A DNA stretch of 64,000 bases from Thermoproteota archaeon (GCA_027491395.1 JAOZFI010000006.1:1-64000); one strand, 5' to 3'. Numbered from the stretch's first letter, positions 19,384 through 29,238 are shown. Notes: generated by a model from the letters alone, not told the origin. Program-made: numbers and translations.

Positions 19384-20730
19384 TCACTCGAGGTAATTGA
19401 GAAGTGTGGATTCGAAGGCCTTCTTCCCTTCCTTGGGTATCTGAGCTCCGGCAGCCATCTGATGCCCCCCACCCGTGCCACCGGCCTCTTTAGATGCCGT
19501 CCTGAGGAGTTCGTCGAGGTCTATCTGTTTAGAGCTTCCCCTTCCCGTCAGCCTGGCTGACACCTTTATCATGCCCTCATCGGTGTGCGCGTATCCCACC
19601 ACGACGTCGGCATCCCTAAGGGATTTGCTGAGTATCGATGTGACCGTGCCGATCATGGTGTCCTCGGCCAGGCCCTCATCTATGAAAGCTATTCTGCCGA
19701 CTATTCTCGGCCTGGCGCTTCTCAGTACCTGGGATAGGACCCTCCTGTACGACTGTTGCAGCTCGAGCGCCTTGTTCAGGATCTCCCCCCTGAGGCCAGA
19801 GGCTAGCAGGGCCCCTACGTGGCCGCCACCCATGCGTCCGCAGGCGTTGAGTACGGTGGCAAAGCTGCTCAGGTCCCTGAGAGGTGAGCCCTTTGGTTCC
19901 TTGAGGTATATGTATACGTTACCCACCAGGGTTTTGGCCTTCTCCAAGCTTTCCATCCTCTTGACCAGCTCGTTCGTCAGGTCCCTCTTCTGCTCCTCCG
20001 TCAGGTCGGAGAGGGTGGTCCACCTCTCTCCCACCTTTATGGGTATTCCTAGGGACTCGACTAGTGCCAGCGCCCCGGCCGAGTTGTTGGATACCCCTTC
20101 TATGAAGGGATCCACCGTCCTCTCCAGCGACGCGACCAATGGGTAGTCCGGGCCTCCGAAGAGCCTGAGATCCGGTCTCACCTCTACCAATCCAGATTCG
20201 ACGGCCAGCTTCAATATCTCAGCGTTGAGACCCCGGAAACCATCGTCCTCCTGGACATCGCCCAGAGCTCCGGTTATGGCCATCGGAGCCATACCCGGAT
20301 CGTCCAGCATCTCGTAATACAGTAGGAAGGCCACTCCTGCACCGCTGATCTCCCTATCACCGTCAAGTCCGGCTAGGAACGGGTTGAGGATCCTTATGCC
20401 TCCTATATCTCCCTCGGGACGGTGGTGATCCACTATGAAGACCTTCTTCCCTAGGTAGGATATGACCTCGAGATCACCGGATCCCAAGTCTGAGAAGAGA
20501 TATATCTCGTAGGGCTCCTTCCTTAATTCCTCTATTAGGGGCTCGCTGACGTATTTGATAATAGTGAGGTGAAAGGGGACGTTAAGCCTCCTGAGGAGCG
20601 AGATCAATATACCGGCTGAGCTCAGGCCGTCCGCATCCAAGTGGCTTACCAACCTTACCGTGCCCTCAAAAGAGTTGTACAAGTCCTGGGCGAAGGACTT
20701 GACGTGATCCCGAAACCGGCCTATTTCCAA
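19384..20730 (-). CDS. DHH-family RecJ-like/GAN nuclease
   Basis: SHLDADG, SDLG, VDHH, GALGD, GGGH..AAG motifs; follows rps15. Confidence 0.92.
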   Translation of the reverse strand: MEIGRFRDHVKSFAQDLYNSFEGTVRLVSHLDADGLSSAGILISLLRRLNVPFHLTIIKYVSEPLIEELRKEPYEIYLFSDLGSGDLEVISYLGKKVFIVDHHRPEGDIGGIRILNPFLAGLDGDREISGAGVAFLLYYEMLDDPGMAPMAITGALGDVQEDDGFRGLNAEILKLAVESGLVEVRPDLRLFGGPDYPLVASLERTVDPFIEGVSNNSAGALALVESLGIPIKVGERWTTLSDLTEEQKRDLTNELVKRMESLEKAKTLVGNVYIYLKEPKGSPLRDLSSFATVLNACGRMGGGHVGALLASGLRGEILNKALELQQSYRRVLSQVLRSARPRIVGRIAFIDEGLAEDTMIGTVTSILSKSLRDADVVVGYAHTDEGMIKVSARLTGRGSSKQIDLDELLRTASKEAGGTGGGHQMAAGAQIPKEGKKAFESTLLNYLE

Positions 20731-20741
20731 GGGAACCCCTT

Positions 20742-21197
20742 CTAAGATGCGTAGAGTTCAGCCAGCTCGGGGCTGTAGCGCCAGTCAGGTGGGAGCTTGC
20801 CTACCCTCTTGTAGTACTTGACCAGCCTGCTTATCTTGGACTCTGTGAGTATGAGGCCCCTCTTGGCGTGGAAGTCCTTCCTGTGCTCCTCCAGATGCTT
20901 CCTGATCTTGTATGCCTTGCTTATCAGGGCTAGGAGGTCCTCGGGTATGGGCGGGGCCGCATCGTGCTCCTCAAGTATCTGAGTTATCTTCTTACCGATG
21001 ACCCTCTTCACTAGGGGTACTCCGTACTCATCCCTGAGTATCATGCCTATCTGGCTGGGAGGCACCCCCCTCTTGCCGAGCTTCACGACCAGCTCCTCTA
21101 TCTCTTCCTTGGATAGGGGGACCCAGTCCAAGGGAGTCTCCCTAGGGGGCCTAGTCGACTCGGACTTGCCCTTCTTCCTGCTGTGCATCCTAGCCAT
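20742..21197 (-). CDS. rps15: 30S ribosomal protein S15 (uS15/S13e)
   Basis: [12 protein letters not shown]..., KRGL...ESKI.RLVKYYK. Confidence 0.97.
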   Translation of the reverse strand: MARMHSRKKGKSESTRPPRETPLDWVPLSKEEIEELVVKLGKRGVPPSQIGMILRDEYGVPLVKRVIGKKITQILEEHDAAPPIPEDLLALISKAYKIRKHLEEHRKDFHAKRGLILTESKISRLVKYYKRVGKLPPDWRYSPELAELYAS

Positions 21198-21201
21198 TTG
21201 T

Positions 21202-21792
21202 TCACCCTTCAGCTCCCCATGACCCAAGCTCGTTTTTAAACAATTGCGCCCCCCTCGCCTGAATGAAACGCCGGAGTTCCCTCACCGCTGCTCCTCTATG
21301 GGAGAATGCGTCCTTCTCTTCACCCAGTTCACCGAAGGTCCTGCCTCCCGACCCCTCGGGAATGAAAACGGGATCAAAACCCCAGCCCCCTCCCCTGGGC
21401 TCGGTGGATATCTGGCCCCTCGACCTGCCCATGAAGGTCAATAGCTCTCTCCCCGTGTGCAGCGCTATGACTGAGATGAACTCCGCTTCCCTATCCTTAA
21501 CATCGGACATAAGTTTTAGCACGCCCTCGTTTCCCAGCTTCGAGAACACGTAGGAGGAGAACGGTCCCGGGAAGCCCCCCAGCGCGCGTATGAACAGACC
21601 GGCGTCCTCCAAGAAGAAGGGCTTGGGTAGGTAGTCTGCCAGCCACAGGGCCGAGGTGAGCGCCACTTCCTCAAGATCGTCGCTCTGCGGTTCTAGATAG
21701 TCCACTTGGATCCATCGAACCTCCATTATGTCAGAGAGCATCCTCCTGAATTCCTCGTACTTGTGCCTGTTAGAGGACGCTAGATAGATCAT
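21202..21792 (-). CDS. rdgB: Non-canonical purine NTP pyrophosphatase (RdgB/HAM1)
   Basis: ASSN.HK, EDAGL, GFPGPFS, GFDPVF, SHRG motifs. Confidence 0.95.
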   Translation of the reverse strand: MIYLASSNRHKYEEFRRMLSDIMEVRWIQVDYLEPQSDDLEEVALTSALWLADYLPKPFFLEDAGLFIRALGGFPGPFSSYVFSKLGNEGVLKLMSDVKDREAEFISVIALHTGRELLTFMGRSRGQISTEPRGGGWGFDPVFIPEGSGGRTFGELGEEKDAFSHRGAAVRELRRFIQARGAQLFKNELGSWGAEG

Positions 21793-22376
21793 TTGTATCT
21801 CCCCCTAGCTTCCACCTTGACCAGCCTGGCCAGCACCCTGTCTGCGAGTTCACCGCACCTCCGATATCCGCGGAGGAATGATCGCCAGAGCGGCTCCCAG
21901 TCGTCCCTGAGGGACTTGAGAGATCTCTTGAGCACGTAAAGGTCGACGGCATAGTCCTCGATGTCATGAGTGTACTCAGCGAGGCCGAAGTCTATGAGGC
22001 ATATTCCAGAGGGAGCCACCAGCGCGTTATAGGGGGTAAGGTCGTTGTGGGCTATGTGGGACGAGTGGAGCCTGCAGGCCATGTCCCCGAAGATCTCCAT
22101 CCTCTCGGGAGTGAGCTCCTCTGCAAGCCTCGCACCTTCTATGAACTCCATCATCAGTGAGTCCTCCCACACATCCAGCACGGCCGGAACGCTCACCCCT
22201 CCCAGTCTAGCCCTCCTCATCAACCTGGCCTCCTTCCTAGTCCTCCCCCTCCTCAGGTGGATGTCCAAGTCGGGGTGCCTGTACCCCTTCTTGATCCTCC
22301 TCTTCACCACCACGGGAAGACCCATGAACTCGGTCCTGTAGAGTTCCGCCTCAGCTCCTCTGTATATCAGCTCCAT
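21789..22376 (-). CDS. bud32: KEOPS kinase/ATPase Bud32
   Basis: GAEA, K.R..K.YRHP.LD, HNDLT..N, IDFGL, RGRY end. Confidence 0.93.
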   Translation of the reverse strand: MELIYRGAEAELYRTEFMGLPVVVKRRIKKGYRHPDLDIHLRRGRTRKEARLMRRARLGGVSVPAVLDVWEDSLMMEFIEGARLAEELTPERMEIFGDMACRLHSSHIAHNDLTPYNALVAPSGICLIDFGLAEYTHDIEDYAVDLYVLKRSLKSLRDDWEPLWRSFLRGYRRCGELADRVLARLVKVEARGRYK

Positions 22377-22385
22377 CCCATTAGC

Positions 22386-23054
22386 TCACCTCCAACCGAA
22401 CTTGCCCCTCAAGGGGACGAAGGCCACATCCGTGACCCTCTTGGTGACCATTCTCCCTTCGACTTTCTCTACTAGAAGGAGCTCCTGGCCCCAGAGCCCC
22501 GGGGTCCCGACAGGGATGACCATCTTGCCGCCCTCCTTGAGCATCTCGAAGAGGGGCTTTGGAATGTCGGGCGCAGCGGCGGTCACTAGTATTCTGTCCA
22601 CCTTCACCCTCATGGGAACCCCGGCGCTGCCGTCCATGTTAAGCACCTGGACCCTGCAGGAGTACCCCGCGGCCATCAGATTATAACGCGCGAGTGTAGC
22701 GAGATGGGGGTCTATCTCGACGCTCACCACGACTCCCCAAGTGTGGGGCGGTTTTTCCGATGGAGCCACTATCTCGGCCACCGTAGCAGCGTGATATCCG
22801 CTGCCCGCCCCCACCTCCAGCACCATGTGACCCACATCTAGATCCAAGAGCTCGTTCATCATGAATACCATGTGGGGGGCGCTTATGGTCTGCCCCTCCC
22901 CTATGGGGAGGGGTGTGTCAGCGTAGGCCATGTCCTTATAACTTTCAGGGACGAACAACTCCCTCCTGACCCTTTCAGCGGCCCTCCTGACCTTCTCGCT
23001 CCTTATTATTCCGAGCCTCACCAGCCTATCCACTAACGATTTATGGGCGTCCAT
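22386..23054 (-). CDS. pcm: Protein-L-isoaspartate O-methyltransferase
   Basis: AYADTPLPIG.GQTISAPHM, LEVGAGSGY, FVPL motifs. Confidence 0.95.
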   Translation of the reverse strand: MDAHKSLVDRLVRLGIIRSEKVRRAAERVRRELFVPESYKDMAYADTPLPIGEGQTISAPHMVFMMNELLDLDVGHMVLEVGAGSGYHAATVAEIVAPSEKPPHTWGVVVSVEIDPHLATLARYNLMAAGYSCRVQVLNMDGSAGVPMRVKVDRILVTAAAPDIPKPLFEMLKEGGKMVIPVGTPGLWGQELLLVEKVEGRMVTKRVTDVAFVPLRGKFGWR

Positions 23055-23066
23055 CTGGGGAAACTT

Positions 23067-23477
23067 ATGCTGGAGGAAATAATAGCTTACGGGCACCCCA
23101 ACATAACTGCCAAGCACAGGACCACGCTTCAAGTGACTAAGGACGAGGAGATAACCCTGAGGGCGGACTGCGTCATAGGGGTCAGGGCCGATAAGGCGGT
23201 GATGGACCTCTCGCAGGAGCTCAAGTCCCACCTGATCGGGGGAGGGTCCGTGAGTATCACCATTTCAGTGGGGGGAATGGAGTTCCGCCTAGAGGCGGTG
23301 GGAGATCCGAGGCTCAGGCTCACTCACGCTAGGGATGTGGTCGTGAGGAAGTCCGACTTCGTTGATGATAGGACCTTGGCCATAAGGTCCAACGCCGCGG
23401 CCAAGGATCTGCCTAGGGAGATGGTGAGGGTCATGAGGAGGGCTGATGAGGTGGTGGTCATGGAGATAATCTTCTGA
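23067..23477 (+). CDS. DUF371 family protein
   Basis: GHPNITAKH.TT..TK...T..ADC.IG and RKS.F motifs. Confidence 0.88.
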   Translation: MLEEIIAYGHPNITAKHRTTLQVTKDEEITLRADCVIGVRADKAVMDLSQELKSHLIGGGSVSITISVGGMEFRLEAVGDPRLRLTHARDVVVRKSDFVDDRTLAIRSNAAAKDLPREMVRVMRRADEVVVMEIIF

Positions 23478-23480
23478 CGG

Positions 23481-24569
23481 TCAGTGAAACCCCTGAGCCA
23501 CCGGATCAGTGGGTTTGATGATCTCCCTCAGGAAGGAAGTGGCGTAAGTCCCTCTATCGAGGAAGAAGGATAGAACCAAGTTATTCCCTCTCCAAAGTGA
23601 CGTCAGGGACTTGGCCCTCGCCAGCGCCGCTCTGAGGTCCCCCAAGGCGCTTATCTCCGGAAGTTCCCTGAACAGGAACAGGTCCAAGGATACATCCTCC
23701 TCCCTCAGCAAGTCCCTCAGTGCCTCCGACGCCCATCCCCTCACCCTAGTGTAGGCCCCGGGAATGGGTAGCACCAACTCACCATCTTCGGGGTAGAGGG
23801 ACACCTCACCGTTCTCCTTGACGACGAGATCCCCCCTTCTCGGGTCTAGGCCCTCAAACAGCCTCTTTGACAGGAGCAGGTTGAAGAGGTAGGATTGATA
23901 GGAGTGGATGTAGAACCTGAGCAGTTCCACCCCCACCTCACTGGCCAGCTGCCTCAGGCTCCTACCTTGGGTCTCGTACCCCTGATCCGCCATCATAGAC
24001 GTGGCTGACCTGAGATCCCTGAGGAGGAGGGCTTTACCTATTTCGTGGTTGAAAGGGGGCCTCACCCCGAACCTCTGGTAGGAGAAGAAGTTGGGGAACC
24101 TGTTGGGTATGGAGGAGGTTAAATCGGCCCCCCGGACAACTACGGTGAAGTGGTTGCCGTCGTTCCTCCCCTTGGACAGAGGTTCGCGGAGCCGTCCCGC
24201 TGGCCTGATCCACACGCCGTTTCTGACCTCCCTGAGCCTGAATCTCCCCTCAATAGAGAAGAACTGGAAGGTAACGGCCCTAGCGTCCTTCAGGCCTGCA
24301 TACCTAACCCGACCACCCAGCTCCCTGCTGATGAGGGAGACGAGCTCCCTAGTTCCCACCTTGGTGAATTTGGCGGCCACCACGTAGTGATAGGGTCCCT
24401 CTGACGGAAAGTCCTCCAGCCCTAGGAGGACCCGGGATGCCCTCCTTCCCATGAGGACCTCGTCCACTATGAAATCGCTGAGCCTCTCCTTTATCCTCCC
24501 GCCGATTCCATCACCTTCAGTGAGGTAGGTCAGCATCCCCAGCCTCTCGTCCAGTTCGGGCACCCTCAC
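23481..24569 (-). CDS. truD: tRNA pseudouridine(13) synthase TruD
   Basis: DFIVDE, AGLKDARAVTFQ, GNHF, PNFF..QRFG, GTYAT..LRE. Confidence 0.93.
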   Translation of the reverse strand: MRVPELDERLGMLTYLTEGDGIGGRIKERLSDFIVDEVLMGRRASRVLLGLEDFPSEGPYHYVVAAKFTKVGTRELVSLISRELGGRVRYAGLKDARAVTFQFFSIEGRFRLREVRNGVWIRPAGRLREPLSKGRNDGNHFTVVVRGADLTSSIPNRFPNFFSYQRFGVRPPFNHEIGKALLLRDLRSATSMMADQGYETQGRSLRQLASEVGVELLRFYIHSYQSYLFNLLLSKRLFEGLDPRRGDLVVKENGEVSLYPEDGELVLPIPGAYTRVRGWASEALRDLLREEDVSLDLFLFRELPEISALGDLRAALARAKSLTSLWRGNNLVLSFFLDRGTYATSFLREIIKPTDPVAQGFH

Positions 24570-24922
24570 CTGTACAGCCTCAGCCTCCCGGTGACCCTAT
24601 CGATCCTCTCGCTCTCGTGGGGCCCTATCCCAACGGCCGTGGGAGTTCCGGGTTCCAGCTCGGTCAGGCCAGCATCCCTTATCAGGACCGCAGGCAGGTC
24701 CATCTCCAAAGCCTCCCGATAGAGATCCATGAGCTCGTCCTCGCTCCCCACCTGAACGACCACCTTCTTGGCTCCCTCCTCTCTCCACATTCTGTACACA
24801 TCCGGCATCCTCTTTCTCACCACTTCCGCTGCCTCGAGTGATGCGTGGGCTACCTGAACCGCAAGTTTGCCGCAACTCATTCCCAGATCCTTCCTCACCA
24901 CTATGACCTGCTTGTACCTCAT
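24566..24922 (-). CDS. pth2: Peptidyl-tRNA hydrolase Pth2
   Basis: KQVIVVRKDL.MS.GK.A.QVAHAS, DAG.TE..PGT.T..GIGP. Confidence 0.96.
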   Translation of the reverse strand: MRYKQVIVVRKDLGMSCGKLAVQVAHASLEAAEVVRKRMPDVYRMWREEGAKKVVVQVGSEDELMDLYREALEMDLPAVLIRDAGLTELEPGTPTAVGIGPHESERIDRVTGRLRLYR

Positions 24923-25992
24923 GAGAGCACCCTCCCAAGCAATCTCAGGTAATCTAGGGCAACATGCCTCCACGTCCTAGATAGGGCCTTATCTCTACCT
25001 CTCTCACCCATCTCCTCCCTGAGATCGTCGTTCAGTAGGAGGAAGGCCACTCTATCTGCTATCTTCTCGGCATCCCTATCCTCGATGTAACCATTCACCC
25101 CGTCCTCCACGAGGTCCCTAGCCCCACCCACGTCAGTGGTGATCACAGGGGTGCCAGCAGCCATCGCCTCCCTTATCACCAATCCGTAGCCCTCATACCT
25201 AGCTGGATGGAGGAGGAGATCGGCCGCTCTGTAGTATTTGACCGTCTCCTCGAACTTCTTACGACCTAGAAGGATGATGCGGTCCCTCACACTCAGGCGG
25301 TCGGCGTTTCCCTCTATGATCCTCCTGAGGGGACCCTCCCCGATTAGGAGGAACTTCGCGTTTATCCCCCTCCTCGACAGGAGGGCCGCCACCTCTGGGA
25401 CCATGTCGAACCCCTTGGCCTCGATCAGGGCCCCGACCGATAAGACCAGCTTATCTCTGGGATCCAAGCCCAGCCCCTCTCTCACCTCCTCCTTGGTAGG
25501 GAGGGCTAGAAAGGGCTCTGGATCTATACCTCCAGGTATGATCTCGCTTACCTCTATGCCCGAATCCTCGAGGCGCCCGGCCAACCAACTACTCACTGAG
25601 ATCACCGCTTCAGCCCTAGAGGATGCAATTCTGGAGAGGCGGGGCGAGATCCTGAGATCGCTGCCGTGAAATGTGACGGTGTAGGGCACTCCGAGGAAGC
25701 TTGCAAGCCAGGCGGCGACGCCGGAAGTTATGGCGTACTGGGCTAGGGCCACATCCGGTCCCTCCCTGACTAGCGAGAATGCCGAATGGATCATGAACGC
25801 GAGCCCCCTGAGACCCCGAATCCCCACGTTAGGGGACCTCCTCACCTGCTCTCCCCACCTAGAGCTGGCGTAGTGGTAGGATACAACGACCACATCGTGC
25901 CCTAGGGACATGAGCTCTCCAGCTAGGTGTATGGTGTATATCTGCACGCCGCCAATGTCTGGATGGTAAGGCCCCACGAGCGCTATCCTCAT
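24919..25992 (-). CDS. Glycosyltransferase family 4
   Basis: GG...Y, TFHGSD, KG, EGYGLV..EAMA.G.PV motifs. Confidence 0.92.
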   Translation of the reverse strand: MRIALVGPYHPDIGGVQIYTIHLAGELMSLGHDVVVVSYHYASSRWGEQVRRSPNVGIRGLRGLAFMIHSAFSLVREGPDVALAQYAITSGVAAWLASFLGVPYTVTFHGSDLRISPRLSRIASSRAEAVISVSSWLAGRLEDSGIEVSEIIPGGIDPEPFLALPTKEEVREGLGLDPRDKLVLSVGALIEAKGFDMVPEVAALLSRRGINAKFLLIGEGPLRRIIEGNADRLSVRDRIILLGRKKFEETVKYYRAADLLLHPARYEGYGLVIREAMAAGTPVITTDVGGARDLVEDGVNGYIEDRDAEKIADRVAFLLLNDDLREEMGERGRDKALSRTWRHVALDYLRLLGRVLS

Positions 25993-26068
25993 CTGGGGGA
26001 GTTGACGGTCCGACTTGATAAAGACCAAGGTTTAATTCGAGGGAGCGGCGGAATAACTGTGACCTCCC

Positions 26069-27097
26069 ATGGGGGTCAAGATAGGTGACCTCATAGCCAA
26101 GAAGGTGGAGCTCAGGCTGAAGGACCTGTCTGGGAAGAGGTTGGCCCTCGATGCGTTCAACGCGATGTACCAGTTCCTCGCCAAGATAAGGCAGCCCGAT
26201 GGCACGCCTTTAATGACCAGTAAGGGGGAGATAACCAGCATCCACTCTGGGGTCTTCTACAGGACCGCGAACCTGCTGAAGGAGGGGATAATTCCCGTCT
26301 ACGTTTTTGATGGAGAGCCACCGGAGTTCAAGGCCGAGACCGTTGAGGAGCGCATAAAGGTGAGGGAGGAAGCTGAGGAGAGGTGGAAGGAAGCACTCCA
26401 GAAGGGAGATCTGGAGGAGGCCAGGAAGTACGCCCAAGCAGCGTTGATGGTCACGGATGAGATGGTGGAGGACGCCAAGCAGATACTCCGACTGATGGGC
26501 GTCCCAGTCGTGCAGGCGCCAAGCGAAGGTGAAGCTCAAGCCGCCTACATGGCCGCCAAGGGGGATGTCTGGGCCGCCGCCTCCCAAGATTATGATTCCC
26601 TCCTGTTCGGCGCGCCAAAGCTCGTTAGAAATGTTACGATCACAGGTAAGAGGAAGCTCCCAGGGAAGAATATCTACGTTGATGTGCATCCCGAGTTAAT
26701 AGAGTTGAAAGGGGTTCTGGAAGCCCATGGGATCACCAGGGAGCAGCTGATACTCATAGGCATCCTAGTGGGGACCGACTACAACCCCGGGGGTGTCAGG
26801 GGAATAGGAGTAAAGAGGGCATTGGAGCTCGTGAAGAGATTCCCGAAGCCCGAGATCCTCTTCTCTAAGGTGAATTGGGAGTTCGATGTGGATCCCCGAA
26901 GCATATTCGAGTTCTTCCTGAATCCACCCACCACCGATAATTATGACACCAACCTGAGGAGGCCCGATAGGGAGGGATTGCTCAAGTTCATGGTTGAGGA
27001 GCACGAATTCTCGGAGGACAGGGTGAGAAAGGTGATAGATGAGATCGATGAGGCGTACAAGATGTTGGCCGGGGGAGGGCTGGAGGCTTGGTTCTAA
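26069..27097 (+). CDS. fen: Flap endonuclease 1
   Basis: [32 protein letters not shown]-terminal L..WF PIP-like box. Confidence 0.97.
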   Translation: MGVKIGDLIAKKVELRLKDLSGKRLALDAFNAMYQFLAKIRQPDGTPLMTSKGEITSIHSGVFYRTANLLKEGIIPVYVFDGEPPEFKAETVEERIKVREEAEERWKEALQKGDLEEARKYAQAALMVTDEMVEDAKQILRLMGVPVVQAPSEGEAQAAYMAAKGDVWAAASQDYDSLLFGAPKLVRNVTITGKRKLPGKNIYVDVHPELIELKGVLEAHGITREQLILIGILVGTDYNPGGVRGIGVKRALELVKRFPKPEILFSKVNWEFDVDPRSIFEFFLNPPTTDNYDTNLRRPDREGLLKFMVEEHEFSEDRVRKVIDEIDEAYKMLAGGGLEAWF

Positions 27098-27102
27098 GCC
27101 GC

Positions 27103-27351
27103 TCACTCCTCGTCCGGTGTCAGATATCTCCTCTCACCGGCTATTTCGATGAGCAACTCTCCCTTCTTACCGCTCGCTGACGTGACGACTTTGCCCATTA
27201 CCTCCAGCTTCAGCAGAGCCTCCTCAATCTGTGAGAGAGATACCCCTGGTATTTTAGAGGAGACCAGCTCGTACAGATCCCTGTCGTTTATGACCTTCTT
27301 GCTCCTGACCACATCGTAGACTACTGTGAGGAGAGGCAGGTTCCGGGACAT
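27103..27351 (-). CDS. Small winged-helix-like hypothetical protein
   Basis: 82 aa, DRDLYE...ALLKLEVMGKV pattern; co-oriented after ef1B. Confidence 0.65.
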   Translation of the reverse strand: MSRNLPLLTVVYDVVRSKKVINDRDLYELVSSKIPGVSLSQIEEALLKLEVMGKVVTSASGKKGELLIEIAGERRYLTPDEE

Positions 27352-27621
27352 TCAGCCCGCCCTACTCACCCTCTCAAGTTCAGCGCTGCTCACTCCTTCG
27401 ATGTCCTGTATGGCCTCCATTATCGTGTCGGTTATTCCGTCCTCCTCCGGGGCGGTGAGCACTACGCTGAGGGCCGTTATCCCGAAGCCAATGGGTTTCT
27501 CCTCGTAGCTCTCTAGGTTCCCTCCGATTGAGGAGAGGGCCTTCCTGAGGTCCTCAACGACCTTGGCCGGTTCCACGCTCCCATCGAGGAGCACCCTCAC
27601 TAGAGCCATTATCCTAGCCAT
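27352..27621 (-). CDS. ef1B: Translation elongation factor 1-beta
   Basis: E.PIGFG..AL, EGVSSAE motif, 89 aa. Confidence 0.92.
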   Translation of the reverse strand: MARIMALVRVLLDGSVEPAKVVEDLRKALSSIGGNLESYEEKPIGFGITALSVVLTAPEEDGITDTIMEAIQDIEGVSSAELERVSRAG

Positions 27622-27631
27622 CTAGACCACC

Positions 27632-27838
27632 TCACGGACCTACAAACCCGCAGTTAGGACAAACATACTCGTTAGCCTGCTTCCTGCAGACCTTGCACCT
27701 TATTATGACAGCCTCTCCGCAGTTGGGGCAGCGGAAGGCCACGAATCCCTGCTCGTAGGTGACCTTCTTACCGCACGAGGTGCAGTAAACATCCTCGTCG
27801 GGAGGTACTAGGGTGAAGACTAGGCTCTCGCTGGACAC
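27632..27838 (-). CDS. Zinc-finger protein DUF1610
   Basis: CTSCG, F.CPNCG, RC..CRK, Y.CPNCGF.GP; typical neighbour of ef1B. Confidence 0.9.
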   Translation of the reverse strand: MSSESLVFTLVPPDEDVYCTSCGKKVTYEQGFVAFRCPNCGEAVIIRCKVCRKQANEYVCPNCGFVGP

Positions 27839-27886
27839 TTCATCACACCGGTAAGGGCCCCGCCTCACGGTAATTTAAAGATGTCC

Positions 27887-28954
27887 CTAATTGGTCTGCG
27901 ACCGGAACCTCTCAGTGAGGGTCACCAAGTAGGTCTTGCCGTACTTCTTCCTCTCCACAACCTTTCTATCGACCAGATCTTTCAATAGTCTGCTTATCTT
28001 TGGTTTAGAGAACCCGGTCAGCTCGGGGAGCTCCTCTTGCGACACTTCGCCCCTCTCCATGACGACCTCTATGAGCTTCCTTTCATCCACGGTGAAGAAG
28101 TCCATTACGTCGGAGGGACCCGGCTTGGGCCTCAGCCTGTAGATCAAGATCGCCATTGCCAGGCCGGCAAGCAAACCAGTGAGGAGGGGGAGGGGGCTGA
28201 GGATCTCCCTCATTATGAACGAGGGTGACCATCCGCCTGAGAAGGGCTTGGTACCTCCTATCTCCCCGATGACCTCCACCTTATACCCTTGGGATGTGAA
28301 CTTAGCTGCCTCCTCCCTATCCAAGCTATTGCTTATCACCACCAAGCTCCTCACATCCTTGAGGTGCTCCCTCAGGGCCGCTTCAAATCCCTCGGGAGGC
28401 CTGCCGTTCATCGTGTAGATTATCGGGGCGTTCCTCTCCACGGCAACGGAGAGCGCTACCATATAGTAGGAGGAATTGAGCCCGTCAGCCAGCACCACCG
28501 AATCGCAGTCGTTCCAGTAGTACATGGCTAGGAGGAGGGATGTGTCGAGCCTAGTTGCCCCTCCTATCCTGCTGACGGTCGCCCCCATCCCTCGTAGCTT
28601 CTCCTCGAACTCAATGGGGACGGCGTTAGGGGCACCTATTATGAGGATGCTCATTCCCTTACGGAACCTCATGAACCCGGAGAGGAGTTTGAGCACCTCT
28701 CCCTCGTTGTCCGCCGTTAGATGCATGACCCAAGATCCGTGGGTTATGCCATAGGCCATGGCCACCGCCCAGTCGGTGTATATGTCCCCCCTAACGATCA
28801 CTGCATCGAAGCGGATTGGTTGCCCCGAGATGGGTAGCAGAGGTATGATCAGGATGATCAGCAGGAGTATGGCGGGCCCGCCGGGACTCGAACCCGGGAC
28901 CTCCGGCTCAGCAGGCCGGCGCTCTAATCCTTGCTGAGCTACGGGCCCGCTCAT
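27887..28954 (-). CDS. Membrane protein: signal peptide, cell-wall-binding-repeat-2-like domain, TM helix, C-terminal winged HTH
   Basis: RIGGATRLDTS CWB2-like motif; TM near aa 255-275; QEELPELTGFSKPKISRLL..L wHTH. N-terminus reads through a tRNA-like gene. Confidence 0.8.
   Translation of the reverse strand: MSGPVAQQGLERRPAEPEVPGSSPGGPAILLLIILIIPLLPISGQPIRFDAVIVRGDIYTDWAVAMAYGITHGSWVMHLTADNEGEVLKLLSGFMRFRKGMSILIIGAPNAVPIEFEEKLRGMGATVSRIGGATRLDTSLLLAMYYWNDCDSVVLADGLNSSYYMVALSVAVERNAPIIYTMNGRPPEGFEAALREHLKDVRSLVVISNSLDREEAAKFTSQGYKVEVIGEIGGTKPFSGGWSPSFIMREILSPLPLLTGLLAGLAMAILIYRLRPKPGPSDVMDFFTVDERKLIEVVMERGEVSQEELPELTGFSKPKISRLLKDLVDRKVVERKKYGKTYLVTLTERFRSQTN
28870..28948 (-). tRNA. tRNA with Arg-type class I body but GCT (Ser) anticodon
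   Basis: Perfect cloverleaf GGGCCCG..GCTC-AGCAAGGATTA-GAGC G CCGGC-CTGCTGA-GCCGG AGGTC CCGGG-TTCGAGT-CCCGG CGGGCCC G CCA. Confidence 0.85.
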
Positions 28955-29004
28955 TTGAAACCCTCCGAGTGAGAGGAGCTTGTGGATTGAAAAAGGTTAG
29001 TGGA

Positions 29005-29169
29005 TCACTTCCTCACGAGCTTGGTCTTCTTCAGCCGGAGGTTCTTGCTCCTGCACCTCCTGCATCTAGTAGCGCTTAGGGGATTTCTAGCGCCGCATTT
29101 CCTGCATATCTTGTATCCCAGCAAGGCTTTCATAGCCACACTCCTTTTGAATGGGTCTTCTATCGGCAT
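29005..29169 (-). CDS. rpl40e: 50S ribosomal protein L40e
   Basis: MPIEDP...KICRKCGARNP..AT.CRRC.S..LR.K, 54 aa; below the ORF track cutoff. Confidence 0.93.
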   Translation of the reverse strand: MPIEDPFKRSVAMKALLGYKICRKCGARNPLSATRCRRCRSKNLRLKKTKLVRK

Positions 29170-29238
29170 TTCGATCTCCCAGCTAGGGGCATCGCACGGC
29201 TTGATAAAACTTTATGCCTGTGGATCGTGGGATAGATC

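Noticed and set aside
19475-20146. Long antisense ORFs opposite core genes (also 43277-44044, 38176-38874)
   Set aside because: Shadow frames caused by codon bias of the real genes; no motifs.
18376-22376. Dispersed KEOPS genes (cgi121, bud32, pcc1; kae1 absent here) and pfdB outside the exosome superoperon
   Set aside because: Ordinary genome rearrangement; kae1 is presumably outside the window.
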